This document shows, in pieces, positions 63,883 through 64,000 of a stretch of DNA of 64,000 nucleotides. This DNA comes from Vulcanimicrobiota bacterium (GTDB lineage Bacteria > Vulcanimicrobiota > Vulcanimicrobiia > Vulcanimicrobiales > Vulcanimicrobiaceae), in the NCBI GenBank assembly GCA_963833095.1, contig CAWHWQ010000001.1, positions 544,001-608,000 on the forward strand, in the 5' to 3' direction. The notes under the pieces are model-generated. The model was not told where the DNA came from and did not search any database. It saw only the letters and a list, made by a program, of their open reading frames with translations. The translations under genes were made by a program, and so were the position numbers. Within the stretch, counting starts at the first letter, position 1; each line of letters begins with the position of its first letter.

Positions 63883-64000
63883 ACGCGCGCCGCCTTGCTC
63901 CGATCATGGCATTGCTGCTCGCTGCGTGCGGCGGCGGAGGCTCGAGCGTTACGCCCGGCGCGCCGACGGGCCAACCAAACGCCAAAATGCAAAGCGTCGT
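63879..64000 (+). CDS. Fourth lipoprotein paralogue (partial)
   Basis: MNARRLAPIMALLLAACGGGGSS; ATGA overlap with the previous gene. Confidence 0.7.
   Translation, partial: MNARRLAPIMALLLAACGGGGSSVTPGAPTGQPNAKMQSV

Noticed and set aside
1..64000. tRNA, rRNA, prophage or IS elements
   Set aside because: None recognisable by eye; the many Arg-rich antisense ORFs are GC-rich shadow frames

Overview
GC-rich bacterial chromosomal window. Gene style (TonB receptor, LAACGGG lipoprotein families, Rex and Gram-positive-type LexA boxes) suggests Eremiobacterota/Vulcanimicrobiota, which is inference only. In order it contains: nuoA-N (1-13270, minus strand, heavily frameshifted, probably consensus errors) with a perfect Rex operator just before nuoA; a CPA1 antiporter; a cobalamin uptake/salvage locus (cobU, btuF, B12 riboswitch, btuBCD) interleaved with hflX; a CHASE3-PP2C phosphatase; a pmm/tandem-dynamin/nagA/cfa cluster; a REP-like tandem array; cysK-asparaginase II-metH-tauE; a beta-CASP-type nuclease with an SOS box and clamp-binding motif, near an ATP-dependent ligase; a histone H1-like protein; a split ABC-2 exporter operon; and the start of a tandem array of paralogous lipoproteins. 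The most interesting signals are the GTCATCCCGAGCG...GTCGAGGGA palindromic element (tandemly amplified, supplying the stop codons of two convergent genes, and embedded in-frame in HflX), the SOS/clamp-linked nuclease, the dynamin with a degenerate second G domain, and the lipoprotein array with a type V pilin-like N-terminal layout.
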